Shown here piece after piece: positions 8,193 through 17,903 of a stretch of 32,000 nucleotides of DNA. A model generated the notes under the pieces. That model had not been told where the DNA came from, did not search any database, and saw only the letters and a list, made by a program, of their open reading frames with translations. The DNA lies in assembly GCA_934613415.1 (NCBI GenBank), contig CAKTSY010000002.1, positions 300,001 to 332,000 on the forward strand, in the 5' to 3' direction. Position numbers and translations under genes: made by a program. The DNA comes from an uncultured Opitutales bacterium. Lineage in GTDB: Bacteria > Verrucomicrobiota > Verrucomicrobiia > Opitutales > Intestinicryptomonadaceae. Position 1 is the first letter of the stretch; the number at the start of each line of letters is the position of its first letter.

Positions 8193-10040
8193 ATGTGCGG
8201 AATTACCGGATATGTAGGAAAAAAGAATGCAGCCCCCATATTGATTGAAGGGCTTAGAAAGCTTGAGTATAGAGGCTACGACTCGGCGGGCATTGCCCTG
8301 TTGAAAAACGGTGTTTTTAGCATAGACAAAAAGAAGGGCTTTGTTTCGGAAACAGAAAAGCTTTACAATAAAAACCCGTTTTATGCAAACTTGGGCATAA
8401 GCCACACCCGTTGGGCAACCCACGGCAAGGTGACCGACATAAACGCCCACCCGCATATGTCTAGCGACGGTATGTTTGCAATGGTACACAACGGCGTTAT
8501 AGAAAATTACGAGCAAATGCGTAATTTTTTAAAGACAAAAGGCTACACTTTTAAAACCGAAACCGACAGCGAATGCCTGGTAAACCTAATTGCCTACCAC
8601 TATGCAAAAGAGCCCAAAACCACTCAAGACAGGTTTTACGAGGCAGTGCGCAAGGCGTTGATGCACGTTGAAGGCACCTACGGCATTGGTGTTTTGTGCA
8701 AAGATTTCGACGACAGGCTTATTGCCGCGCGCAAAGGTTCGCCCCTTATAATAGGCGTAGGGCACAACGAAAGGCTTATTGCAAGCGACGTTCTCGGTTT
8801 TGCGGGCGAAGCACAAAACGTTATTTATTTGGAAGACAACCAAATTGCCAACATTACCGCCGATTCTTGCGAAATAAGCACCATAAATTCCGAGGAAGTT
8901 TCGGCAAAAATGTCGGAAATAGACTGGGATTTGGAAAACTCCGACTTGGGCGAATACAAGCACTATATGCAAAAGGAGATTTTCGAGCAGCCAGAATCTA
9001 TTGCAAACGCAATACGCGGCCGCATAGACGACGATTCTGCAACGGCGGTGCTAAACGGCCTTAATATGACTCCCAACGAGCTTAGAAATATAGACCGAAT
9101 TATTTTCTGCGCATGCGGCACGGCTTGGCATGCGTGCTTGGAGGCCGAATATATAATAGAAAAATACGCCAGAATTCCCGTAGAGGTTGAATATGCAAGC
9201 GAATTTAGATACAGAAACGCCCCAATCGACAAAAACACATTGGTGTTTGTTATAAGCCAAAGCGGCGAGACAATAGACACATTGGCGGCTTTGAGGGAGT
9301 CGAAAAGAAAGGGCTATAAAACATTGGCAATTACCAATGTTGTAGGCTCTACAATTGCAAGAGAAAGCGACGGCGGGCTCTTCCAATATGCGGGCAGAGA
9401 AGTGGGTGTAGCCTCAACAAAGGCATTTACCTCGCAAATTGTTTTGGTTTCGTTAATTGCTCTTTATTTTGGGCGTATGCGCGATATGTCGTTCGGGCAG
9501 GGTAAAGATTTTATAGACGCTTTAAAGGCGTTGCCCGAAGCCGTGCGCGAAACTTTAAAATGCGCGCCCAAAATGCAGGCAATAGCAAAAAAATATGCAA
9601 AAAGCCGCGACTTTTTGTTTTTGGGCAGGCAATTCCAGTTTCCCATTGCGCTTGAAGGCGCATTAAAGCTTAAGGAAATTTCGTATATACACGCCGAAGG
9701 GTATCCCGCAGCCGAAATGAAGCACGGGCCTATTGCCCTTGTTTGCCCCGAATGCCCCACGGTTATAATTGCAACCCGCGGCGACATTTTCCAAAAAGTA
9801 ATTTCGAACGCCGAAGAAATTAAGGCGAGAAAAGGGCCCGTTATTATTGTAACCGACTGCCCCGAATCTTTCCCCGAAGGCCTTGCCGACGAAATGGTTT
9901 GCGTTCCCAAAACTATGGACGCGCTAACTTCCGTGCTTACAACAATTCCCCTGCAGTTTTTGGCGTATTACACAACGCTGGAAAAGGGCTATAATGTAGA
10001 CCGCCCGAGGAATTTGGCAAAGAGCGTTACGGTGGAATAA
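8193..10040 (+). CDS. glmS: Glutamine--fructose-6-phosphate aminotransferase (isomerizing)
   Basis: MCGITGYVG is the N-terminal nucleophile Cys2 of a class-II glutamine amidotransferase. Two SIS domains follow, and the protein ends in the canonical ...RNLAKSVTVE. 615 aa. Confidence 0.97.
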   Translation: MCGITGYVGKKNAAPILIEGLRKLEYRGYDSAGIALLKNGVFSIDKKKGFVSETEKLYNKNPFYANLGISHTRWATHGKVTDINAHPHMSSDGMFAMVHNGVIENYEQMRNFLKTKGYTFKTETDSECLVNLIAYHYAKEPKTTQDRFYEAVRKALMHVEGTYGIGVLCKDFDDRLIAARKGSPLIIGVGHNERLIASDVLGFAGEAQNVIYLEDNQIANITADSCEISTINSEEVSAKMSEIDWDLENSDLGEYKHYMQKEIFEQPESIANAIRGRIDDDSATAVLNGLNMTPNELRNIDRIIFCACGTAWHACLEAEYIIEKYARIPVEVEYASEFRYRNAPIDKNTLVFVISQSGETIDTLAALRESKRKGYKTLAITNVVGSTIARESDGGLFQYAGREVGVASTKAFTSQIVLVSLIALYFGRMRDMSFGQGKDFIDALKALPEAVRETLKCAPKMQAIAKKYAKSRDFLFLGRQFQFPIALEGALKLKEISYIHAEGYPAAEMKHGPIALVCPECPTVIIATRGDIFQKVISNAEEIKARKGPVIIVTDCPESFPEGLADEMVCVPKTMDALTSVLTTIPLQFLAYYTTLEKGYNVDRPRNLAKSVTVE

Positions 10041-10678
10041 TGAAATATTCTCGCATTTTGTGGGATTGGAACGGCACGCTTTTAAACGATGCGTGGCTAA
10101 GCGTAGATGTTTTGTGCGATATGCTTGGCCGGCGCAGTCTGCAAAATATAGATGTAGATACCTATAGGGCTTCGTTCGGTTTCCCCATAATAAAGTTTTA
10201 CGAAGACTTGGGCTTTGACTTTAAAAAAGAGCCGTTCGAAAAAGTCGGCACCGAGTTTATAGAAAAATATAACGCAAAAAGAAACTTATGCAGCCTAAAC
10301 GACGGCGCAAGTGCCCTTGTGTTTGCACTTGAAAAAGCCGGGGTAAAGCAGAGCATTTTGTCGGCGTACGAAGTAAACTATTTAAGGCAAATTGTGGGGA
10401 CTTTTACCGTAGCAAAATGTTTTGAGCACATTGTGGGGCTAGACAATATCTATGCGGCTACAAAGGTAAAGTTGGGGCAAGACTATTTTTGCTCGCTAAA
10501 CGAAAACCCAAAAACCGCGCTTTTTGTGGGAGATACCGAGCACGACGCGCAAACCGCCCAAGCCATTGGTTGCGATTGCGTTTTAGTAGCCCAAGGACAT
10601 TTTTCGAAAGAAAGACTTTTAAAATTGGGCGTGCCCGTGTTTGCCGATTTTAACGAATTGGCAAGCTTTTTGCTTTAG
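10040..10678 (+). CDS. HAD-superfamily hydrolase (phosphoglycolate-phosphatase-like subfamily)
   Basis: Motif I is WDWNGTLLND (DxNxT rather than DxDxT) and motif IV is VGDTEHDAQTA. 212 aa. The start overlaps the glmS stop (TAATG). Confidence 0.65.
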   Translation: MKYSRILWDWNGTLLNDAWLSVDVLCDMLGRRSLQNIDVDTYRASFGFPIIKFYEDLGFDFKKEPFEKVGTEFIEKYNAKRNLCSLNDGASALVFALEKAGVKQSILSAYEVNYLRQIVGTFTVAKCFEHIVGLDNIYAATKVKLGQDYFCSLNENPKTALFVGDTEHDAQTAQAIGCDCVLVAQGHFSKERLLKLGVPVFADFNELASFLL

Positions 10679-10697
10679 GGGAATTTTTCGGCAAAAT

Positions 10698-10961
10698 TTA
10701 CTTTTCGCCTTCAAAAATTTTTTGAAGCTCTGCCATTGTAAGCTCGCCAACTTGCACGGTTTTATTTTTCGAGTGCTCGCCCGAAACAATAGATATTTTT
10801 GATTTTGAAATTCCCGTGCTTTTCGACAAAAAGCGTATAAGCTCGGCGTTTGCCTTGCCATCTACGGGGGGCGTGCAAATTTTAAACTTTAAGGCGTCGC
10901 CCAAAACGCCCACATATTCGGTTTTGTGAGCGTTGGGTATAAGTCTTATTTGCACTGCCAT
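10698..10961 (-). CDS. DUF167 / YggU-family protein
   Basis: KFKICTPPVDGKANAELIRFLSKSTGISKSKISIVSGEHSKNKTVQV matches the conserved YggU core. I place the start at the ATG at 10959-10961, 8 nt after the pheA stop, rather than the longer ORF that would overlap pheA. Confidence 0.75.
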   Translation of the reverse strand: MAVQIRLIPNAHKTEYVGVLGDALKFKICTPPVDGKANAELIRFLSKSTGISKSKISIVSGEHSKNKTVQVGELTMAELQKIFEGEK

Positions 10962-10969
10962 AAAAAACG

Positions 10970-12043
10970 CTATTCTCTTGCAACGTCGGGGTAGCTGCCC
11001 AAACACTTTACCATGGGCAAGGTTTTGGTAAGCTCTTCTATTGCCCTTTTAACGCTTTCGTCTTCCCAGTGGCCTATAAAGTCTATAAAGAAATAATAGT
11101 CCCACAACTTGCGCTTGCTTGGGCGCGATTCTATTCGGGTAAGGTTTATGTTCATTCGGTTGAAGGGTACCAATGCGTCGTACAATGCGCCGGGGCGGTC
11201 GTTTACCGAAAGGACAATGCTTGTTTTATATACAACGCCGTCGGATTTTGGAACGGGGTTTTTGCCTATTATAAGAAAGCGCGTTACATTGTTCTTTTTG
11301 TCTTGTATGCCGCGCTCTAAAACGGGCACGCCGTAGGCTTCCGAAGAAATGCTCGAGGCTATCGCGCAAATGCTTGGGTCGCTCTTTGCAAGTTCAACGG
11401 CCGCCGTAGTGCTTTCTGTATATACAAATTCGGCTTTTGGCAAATAGCGGTGCAGCCAGTTGCGGCACTGCCCAATTGCCTGGTCTTTAGATGCAATTTT
11501 CTTTATGCCATCTAGCGAGCCAGTGCAAAGCAGGCAGTGTTCTATTGCAAGGTATACTTGCCCTAAAATAACCAGCGGGCTTTCGGCAAGCATATCCATA
11601 GAGTGCATTACAGCCCCTTCGGTAGAATTTTCTATGGGTATTACGCCGTAGTCTACCTCGCCCATCATAACTGCCGAAAACACGTCTTGAATAGAGTGTA
11701 TTGCCCTGTATTGTACGCTTTCGCCGAACGCCTTTAGTGCGGCCTGGTGCGTGAATGTGGCGTTGGGCCCCAAAAATCCAATCAAAAGTTTTTTCTCTGC
11801 CGAAATCGACGCCGAAATAATTTCCCTATAAATTGCCTTAAGGGAATTGTCGGCAATGCGGCCGTTGTTTTTCTTTAAAAGCCTGTCGAAAACCTGCACT
11901 TCGCGCCCCGGAACATATATTGCCTCGCCGTTCGAGTTTTTTATGTCGCTCATTTGCTTGGCGCAGCTTATGCGCTTTTCAAGCAGGTTCAAAATTTCGC
12001 CGTCTATGCTGTCTATGGCGTCTCTTATTTTTTGCTTTTCCAT
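10970..12043 (-). CDS. pheA: Bifunctional chorismate mutase / prephenate dehydratase (P-protein)
   Basis: An N-terminal CM_2 helix (IDSIDGEILNLLEKRISCAKQM) is followed by the PDT domain (FLGPNATFTHQAA ... IENSTEGAV). The ACT domain carries the hallmark ESRPSKRKLWDYYFFIDFIGH. Confidence 0.92.
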   Translation of the reverse strand: MEKQKIRDAIDSIDGEILNLLEKRISCAKQMSDIKNSNGEAIYVPGREVQVFDRLLKKNNGRIADNSLKAIYREIISASISAEKKLLIGFLGPNATFTHQAALKAFGESVQYRAIHSIQDVFSAVMMGEVDYGVIPIENSTEGAVMHSMDMLAESPLVILGQVYLAIEHCLLCTGSLDGIKKIASKDQAIGQCRNWLHRYLPKAEFVYTESTTAAVELAKSDPSICAIASSISSEAYGVPVLERGIQDKKNNVTRFLIIGKNPVPKSDGVVYKTSIVLSVNDRPGALYDALVPFNRMNINLTRIESRPSKRKLWDYYFFIDFIGHWEDESVKRAIEELTKTLPMVKCLGSYPDVARE

Positions 12044-12048
12044 CTTTT

Positions 12049-12897
12049 TTACGATTTCATTCCGGTATATTCGGAAGAGCCAAAGTCTTTGTTTAGGTCT
12101 TCGAATGCCGATTCGCCTTGCGGCGTTTGGCTTTGGGTGTTTTCGCCTTCGCCTTTTTCGGTGTCGTGCTTTATTTCCGACGGGCTTAGCCCCATGTCTT
12201 TGCCGTCGAAAAGGTCGGGGTTGTTTGCCTTTTTAATCCATTCGGAAATCTGGTTTGGGCTTAACACGTCGGAAGCCGGCAGCTCGTCTAGCGAGCTTAC
12301 GCCTATAAACTCCAAAAACTTGTCGGAAGTGGAATATTGTATGGGTCTTCCGGGCAAGTCTGCGCGCCCCTTTATTATTATAAGTTCCCTGTCTAGCAGG
12401 CGGTTTATTGCCCCGTCGGCATTCACACCCCTAATTGTTTCTATTTCCGCCCTTGTTACGGGCTGCCTGTAGGCTACAATAGCCAAAGTTTCTAGAGCCG
12501 CCTGCGAAAGCCTTTGAGGTTTTGGGTCGTTCCTTAAAAGCCTTACCCATTCGGCATAGTCTGCCGAAATCGACATTCTCCAGCCCTGCGGGCCCTGTAT
12601 AAGATTGTAAACTTCCTGCGATTCCAAAAGCTCTGCCTGAATTTCCTCTATAGCCTCTCTTATTTGGGTTGCGGTAAGCAAAGTGGGCACTTGGGCGATA
12701 AGGTCTGCCATAGTCGTTTGCCCGTCTTTCGGCGAAGTTTCGTATTCCGAAACATTTGGGTCTTTTTCGGCGGTAGCTTCGGGCTTTTCGTTTTCCTTAT
12801 GGTAGCGCGTAATTACGCCCTGTATGTCTTTAATCGACAGCCATTCGCTTGTGGAAAACAACAATGCCTTTAAAATCTTCTTTAAATTAAATTCCAT
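12049..12897 (-). CDS. scpB: Segregation and condensation protein B with internal and C-terminal expansions
   Basis: LKALLFSTSEWLSIKDI, LETLAIVAYRQPVTRAEIETIRGVNADGAINRLLDRELI and GRPIQYSTSDKFLEFIG are the two ScpB winged-helix blocks. I place the start at the ATG at 12895-12897 (MEFNLKKILKALLF). The 12963 start would leave only 2 bp to the divergent ilvD. Confidence 0.8.
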   Translation of the reverse strand: MEFNLKKILKALLFSTSEWLSIKDIQGVITRYHKENEKPEATAEKDPNVSEYETSPKDGQTTMADLIAQVPTLLTATQIREAIEEIQAELLESQEVYNLIQGPQGWRMSISADYAEWVRLLRNDPKPQRLSQAALETLAIVAYRQPVTRAEIETIRGVNADGAINRLLDRELIIIKGRADLPGRPIQYSTSDKFLEFIGVSSLDELPASDVLSPNQISEWIKKANNPDLFDGKDMGLSPSEIKHDTEKGEGENTQSQTPQGESAFEDLNKDFGSSEYTGMKS

Positions 12898-12965
12898 TGG
12901 GCTAAAATTTAACTTTGAATTGTTATTGCGATTTGCTAAAAAGTAAACCATAAAAACACACAATT

Positions 12966-14801
12966 ATGTACGACTATAAATCTAAAAAGAGTTTTGAAGG
13001 CAGAAATATGGCCGGAGCTCGCGCTTTGTGGCGCGCTACGGGAGTTTCCGAAAAGGATTTCGGCAAGCCCATTATTGCGGTTGTAAATTCGTATACGCAA
13101 TTTGTTCCCGGTCACGTTCATTTAGACGAAGTGGGCAAATATGTTGCCGAAGAAATCAAGGCGGCGGGCGGCATTCCCCGCGAATTCAATACCATTGCCA
13201 TAGACGACGGCATTGCAATGGGGCACGAAGGTATGCTTTATTCTTTGCCCAGCCGCGAGCTTATTGCCGACAGCGTTGAATATATGTGCAGAGCGCACTG
13301 TGCCGACGCTATGGTTTGCATTTCGAACTGCGACAAGATTACCCCCGGAATGCTTATGGCTTCGATGAGGCTTAATATTCCCACTATATTTGTAAGCGGC
13401 GGCCCAATGGAGGCGGGCGAGATTGAAGAAGACGGCAAATCACGCCATTTAGACTTAATAGACGCAATGATTCAGGGCGCAAACCCCAAGGCAAGCGACG
13501 CCGAAGTTGCCGCCATTGAAGATAAGGCATGCCCCACATGCGGTTCGTGCTCGGGTATGTTTACGGCAAATTCTATGAACTGCCTTTGCGAAGCGATAGG
13601 TATGGCACTTCCCGGCAACGGTACAATGCTTGCAACCCACGCGCTAAGAAAGCAGCTGTTTAAAAAGGCGGCGCACAGAATAGTTGAAATGGTAGAAGAA
13701 TATTACAAGCACGGCGACGACTCCATTTTGCCCCTATCTATTGCCGACAAAGACGCGTTCTTTAATGCAATGAAGCTAGACATTGCAATGGGCGGCAGCA
13801 CAAACACGGTGTTGCACTTGCTTGCCGTTGCAAGAGAAGCTAACGTAGATTTTTCTATGAAAGACATAGATATGCTTTCTAGAATAACTCCGCATATATG
13901 CAAAGTTGCCCCAAGCACCAATTTGGTTCACGTTCAAGACGTTCACAATGCGGGCGGCATTATGGGCATTATGGGCGAGCTTTCTAAAAAAGGCTTGGTA
14001 AACCTAACCAAAAAGACTGTAAGCGGCAAAACTCTTGGCGAAGAAATTGCCGAAAACGACATTCTAAGCGACAGTGCTTCGGAAGAAGTTAAAACTTTCT
14101 ACAAGGCAACTTCGGGCAAGCAGCGCACAACAAAGGCCTACAGCCAAAACTGCTATGTTGAAAAACTCGACACCGACCGCAAAAACGGCGCAATTCGTTC
14201 GGTTGAAAACGCATTCAGCCAAGACGGCGGTTTGGCGGTTTTGTTCGGCAATATTGCAAAAGACGGCTGCATTGTTAAAACTGCAGGCGTAGACAAATCT
14301 ATTTTAACCTTTAAGGGAACTGCCAAAGTATATAATTCCGAAAACGAAGCTTCCGAAGCCATTTTGGGCGGCAAGGTTTCGCCCGGCGACGTTGTTCTTA
14401 TTACCTACGAAGGCCCCCGCGGCGGCCCGGGTATGCAGGAAATGCTTTATCCTACCAGCCACCTAAAGAGCATGGGGCTTGGTAAACTTTGCGCATTGCT
14501 TACCGACGGCAGGTTTTCGGGCGGCACAAGCGGTTTGTCGATTGGCCACGTTTCGCCCGAGGCGGCCGACGGCGGCGACATAGCCCTTGTAGAAGACGGC
14601 GACTATATTACAATAGATATTCCCAACCGCAAAATTTCGCTTGAAATAGACGAAAACGAAATGGCCGCCCGCCGCGCAAGAATGCTTGCAAAAGGCGATA
14701 TGGCATACAAGCCCAACCGCGACCGCAAGGTAAGCAGGGCGTTGCAATTTTATGCCAAAAGTGTGTCTTCGGCCGCCGACGGCGCTGTTAGAAAGTTGTA
14801 G
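12966..14801 (+). CDS. ilvD: Dihydroxy-acid dehydratase
   Basis: 611 aa. Hallmark IlvD/Edd blocks are present: [53 protein letters not shown] and [22 protein letters not shown]. Confidence 0.97.
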   Translation: MYDYKSKKSFEGRNMAGARALWRATGVSEKDFGKPIIAVVNSYTQFVPGHVHLDEVGKYVAEEIKAAGGIPREFNTIAIDDGIAMGHEGMLYSLPSRELIADSVEYMCRAHCADAMVCISNCDKITPGMLMASMRLNIPTIFVSGGPMEAGEIEEDGKSRHLDLIDAMIQGANPKASDAEVAAIEDKACPTCGSCSGMFTANSMNCLCEAIGMALPGNGTMLATHALRKQLFKKAAHRIVEMVEEYYKHGDDSILPLSIADKDAFFNAMKLDIAMGGSTNTVLHLLAVAREANVDFSMKDIDMLSRITPHICKVAPSTNLVHVQDVHNAGGIMGIMGELSKKGLVNLTKKTVSGKTLGEEIAENDILSDSASEEVKTFYKATSGKQRTTKAYSQNCYVEKLDTDRKNGAIRSVENAFSQDGGLAVLFGNIAKDGCIVKTAGVDKSILTFKGTAKVYNSENEASEAILGGKVSPGDVVLITYEGPRGGPGMQEMLYPTSHLKSMGLGKLCALLTDGRFSGGTSGLSIGHVSPEAADGGDIALVEDGDYITIDIPNRKISLEIDENEMAARRARMLAKGDMAYKPNRDRKVSRALQFYAKSVSSAADGAVRKL

Positions 14802-14807
14802 CGTTTA

Positions 14808-16145
14808 ATGCGCCAATTAAAAGTCTATTTGCGCACTTACGGCTGCCAGATGAACGAGCGCGACAGCGAAAATGTCGCAGCCCAGTTCATCGAGCGCGGC
14901 CATATTGTTGTAGACAACGAGTTCGACGCCGACGTGTTTTTAATGAACACCTGCTCGGTTAGAGAACAGGCCGAACTTAAGGCGATAGGCAAACTGCGCT
15001 ACGTTGTAGCCCGCAAAAATCGGGGCTTGCCCATAACGGGCGTATTCGGCTGCATGGCGCAAAACAGGGGGCAAAGCCTTTTTAAACTTTTGCCCGAGCT
15101 TGACATTGTAGCCGGTACATGGCACACCCCAAATTTGGTTGATTTTGTTGAAAAGTGTTATAACGAGCGCGTGAAAATTTGCAGGCTCGATTCCGACGCG
15201 CAGTCGCACAACAAAATCTATAGGCACTTGCCAACCCCTACAAAAAATCCAACCGCCTACATTTCAATAATGCAGGGGTGCTCTATGAAATGTTCGTATT
15301 GTATTGTGCCTTTCACCCGAGGCGAGGAACGTTCCAGACCGATAGAAGACATTGTAAAAGAGGCAACGCTTCTTGCCGAAAGGGGCGTAAAAGAAATATG
15401 CCTATTAGGGCAGGTTGTAAATGCCTATGGGCGAAAAATGCCAATTGGCAAAGACGGAGCTTCGCCTTTTGTGCAGCTGTTGCGAAAGCTTAACGACATT
15501 CCGCAAATAAGCCGCATACGCTTTACTTCGCCGCACCCTTCGTTTTTTAGAGACGACCTAATAAAGTCGTACGGCTCGCTTGAAAAGCTGTGCGAGTATG
15601 TGCATTTGCCCATACAGTCGGGCAGCGACGAAATTTTAAAGAGAATGAAACGCCCCTATAGAATTGATATGTTTAAACGCATATGCGATTCTTTGCGCGC
15701 GCAAGTGCCCGTAATGTCGATTTCTACCGACGTAATTGTAGGTTATCCGCAGGAAAGCCGACGCGATTTTGAAATGACAAAAGAGGCGTTTGAATACTGC
15801 GATTTTGATATGGCGTATATCTTTAAATACAGCCCGCGAAAGGGCACGCCGTCGGCTTTGGAAAAAGACGATATTCCCGAAGACGAAAAGGAAAACCGCA
15901 ATCAGGAATTGCTGAAAGTTTTGGAAAAGCAGTCGATTGACTTTAACGAAAAGCTTGTGGGAACAACTCAGGAAGTTCTGTTCGAGGCCGCAGCCCGAAG
16001 GGGCGAGGGCGTTTGCATGGGAAGAACCCGCACGCACCGCAAGGTTTTTGCAAAATTCGACGAGCAAAAGATAGGCGAATTTGCAAATGTTAAAATTCAG
16101 TCGGCAAGCGTTTCGGCATTAACGGGCGAGGTTGTGCAACCCTAG
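14808..16145 (+). CDS. miaB: tRNA-i6A37 methylthiotransferase (radical SAM, MiaB family)
   Basis: The N-terminal UPF0004 domain has YGCQMNERDSE. The radical-SAM cluster motif CSMKCSYCIVP is present, and there is a C-terminal TRAM-like domain. 445 aa. Confidence 0.85.
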   Translation: MRQLKVYLRTYGCQMNERDSENVAAQFIERGHIVVDNEFDADVFLMNTCSVREQAELKAIGKLRYVVARKNRGLPITGVFGCMAQNRGQSLFKLLPELDIVAGTWHTPNLVDFVEKCYNERVKICRLDSDAQSHNKIYRHLPTPTKNPTAYISIMQGCSMKCSYCIVPFTRGEERSRPIEDIVKEATLLAERGVKEICLLGQVVNAYGRKMPIGKDGASPFVQLLRKLNDIPQISRIRFTSPHPSFFRDDLIKSYGSLEKLCEYVHLPIQSGSDEILKRMKRPYRIDMFKRICDSLRAQVPVMSISTDVIVGYPQESRRDFEMTKEAFEYCDFDMAYIFKYSPRKGTPSALEKDDIPEDEKENRNQELLKVLEKQSIDFNEKLVGTTQEVLFEAAARRGEGVCMGRTRTHRKVFAKFDEQKIGEFANVKIQSASVSALTGEVVQP

Positions 16146-16666
16146 TCGGCAACAGTTGCCGAAATCGAAAATGTGTAGCCGCCCGTCGCGGTTTTTGCGC
16201 TTTCGCCGATTTTTATCTTTTGCGAAAATTTGCACGAATCGTTTTTAAATACCGCCTTTTCTTCGTTGTCTTTGTAAACAACTTTAACGAGCTTTTTGCC
16301 CGAAAATACCGCGTTTATTGTGGCAAAGCCGTTTTCGTTTGCGGCGTATTCCAGCTGCATTTCGTAGCCGAATTTTTCGCTTAGCGTTTTAGACGAAATT
16401 TCCCTTAAAATTTTTACATTGTTTTTTGCCTGCAAGTTTAGGCGGAACTTAAAGTTTGCAATTTCGTCGTTTTCGGCGTCGAAAACCTTTACAAAAAACA
16501 CCGCATATTCGCCAAGCCCCTCTTTGTCGGGCTTGTCGGAAACCCTCCACGAATTTTCGTGCGGTATTGCAAATTTGCCTCCGCGCAGGGGGGCAACGCG
16601 CCTTTCGGCAAGGCCCGAAAACGCAAACAAAAACGCAATGCAAAAAACTAAAAATTTGGAAAGCAT
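16142..16666 (-). CDS. Hypothetical secreted protein
   Basis: 174-aa ORF with an ATG start and signal peptide MLSKFLVFCIAFLFAFSGLA. Its stop overlaps the miaB stop (CTAG, convergent). It starts 3 nt after the LptF/G stop. I recognise no family. Confidence 0.55.
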   Translation of the reverse strand: MLSKFLVFCIAFLFAFSGLAERRVAPLRGGKFAIPHENSWRVSDKPDKEGLGEYAVFFVKVFDAENDEIANFKFRLNLQAKNNVKILREISSKTLSEKFGYEMQLEYAANENGFATINAVFSGKKLVKVVYKDNEEKAVFKNDSCKFSQKIKIGESAKTATGGYTFSISATVAD

Positions 16667-16669
16667 AAA

Positions 16670-17815
16670 CTAGGTTCGGTTTGCCCTAAACATTAGGCAA
16701 ATCCCCAAAATTTGGAATATTATGTTGGGCAGCCAAATTAAAATGTCGGGTCTAAATTCGGGTACGGCTTCTAGCCATGTTATAAACACTGTGCTCATAT
16801 AATAGGTCATAGCCAACGCCAGCGCAATGCCCACGTTTGCCAAAGTTTCCGACCTCGACGCCTTTATCCCCAAAGGAATCGCCAAAACAACCATCGAGAA
16901 TATCGAAAACGCCATTGCAAAATTCTTTTGTATTTGCGTTTGAACTTTAATTTTATCCCTAAAAATTATCTCTTTTGTAAGTTCTTTTTCGGGCACGCTA
17001 TGCCACGTTTTGCGGGCGTTCATCAATTCGCCGAAAGTCATTAGCGAAAGCTTTTTCTTTTGCCCCGAAAACGATTGGAATATTTTGTTAAGAGGCAGCT
17101 TTATCAAAAACTCTTTCGATTCGAACACCGTAAGCGGCTTCGAAAAATCGTCGTCTAAAACGCTTCGGCGTTGCTCGGTTATCGAGTATTCGGGGCGAAT
17201 CATAATCTCCTCGTTGGCGTCGTCGTACCAAATAGAGCCGCGCTTTGCGCTAAGTGCGCTTTTAATGTCGCCGTTAGAGTCTATCTCCCAAATGCGCAGC
17301 CCTGTAAGGCCGTTTTTGTCGGCGTCGTTTGCGTATATTATGTAGCCTGGGAAATCTTTAATAAACACACCCGGCTGAATGAACCTAAGGGGATTGTTCC
17401 TTACAAGATTTTTAAGCGCGCTTTTGTAGGTATAGTCGGCAACGGGGGCGTAGTAGAAGTTTATGCCCACCGAAAATATCGAGGCCAAAATGGAAATCAA
17501 AAACACGGGGCACGCCATACTAAATAGCGAAACGCCGCCGGCTTTCATTGCGGTAATTTCGCTTTGCGCCGACATTCTGCCAAACACAAGCAAAATGCCC
17601 GTAAGCATACCCAACGGCAGCGCATAGGGAATAACCCCGGGTATAATAAGGCAAATTATGTACACAAAAAAGCCGAAGTCTATTTTGCCCGAGGCAACAT
17701 CGCCCATAACCTCTTTAATTACATTGCCCAAAACGAGAACGAACACAAAAAGCCCAACCGTCATTCCCGCGGCGGCGGCAACCTGTTTTAATATGTATTT
17801 ATGCAGCGTTCTCAT
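16670..17815 (-). CDS. LPS export ABC permease, LptF/LptG (YjgP/YjgQ) family
   Basis: MRTLHKYILKQ is the typical family N-terminus. Three TM helices, a large periplasmic beta-jellyroll-like insert and three C-terminal TM helices follow. I place the start at the ATG at 17813-17815. LptF and LptG cannot be told apart by eye. Confidence 0.8.
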   Translation of the reverse strand: MRTLHKYILKQVAAAAGMTVGLFVFVLVLGNVIKEVMGDVASGKIDFGFFVYIICLIIPGVIPYALPLGMLTGILLVFGRMSAQSEITAMKAGGVSLFSMACPVFLISILASIFSVGINFYYAPVADYTYKSALKNLVRNNPLRFIQPGVFIKDFPGYIIYANDADKNGLTGLRIWEIDSNGDIKSALSAKRGSIWYDDANEEIMIRPEYSITEQRRSVLDDDFSKPLTVFESKEFLIKLPLNKIFQSFSGQKKKLSLMTFGELMNARKTWHSVPEKELTKEIIFRDKIKVQTQIQKNFAMAFSIFSMVVLAIPLGIKASRSETLANVGIALALAMTYYMSTVFITWLEAVPEFRPDILIWLPNIIFQILGICLMFRANRT

Positions 17816-17837
17816 TGTACAAGGCAATAAAATAAAA

Positions 17838-17903
17838 AAGAGCGGCAATATTTCGCAATATTAAAAACCGCCCTTTTTAAAAAATTATCGCTTAACGATA
17901 ATT
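17838..17903 (-). terminator. Probable mdh terminator region (two AT-rich hairpins with T-runs on the minus strand)
   Basis: On the minus strand, TTATCG-TTAAG-CGATAA is followed by TTTTTT and begins at the mdh stop codon. A second imperfect hairpin, GGGCGG...CCGCTC, is followed by TTTTTT. Confidence 0.35.
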
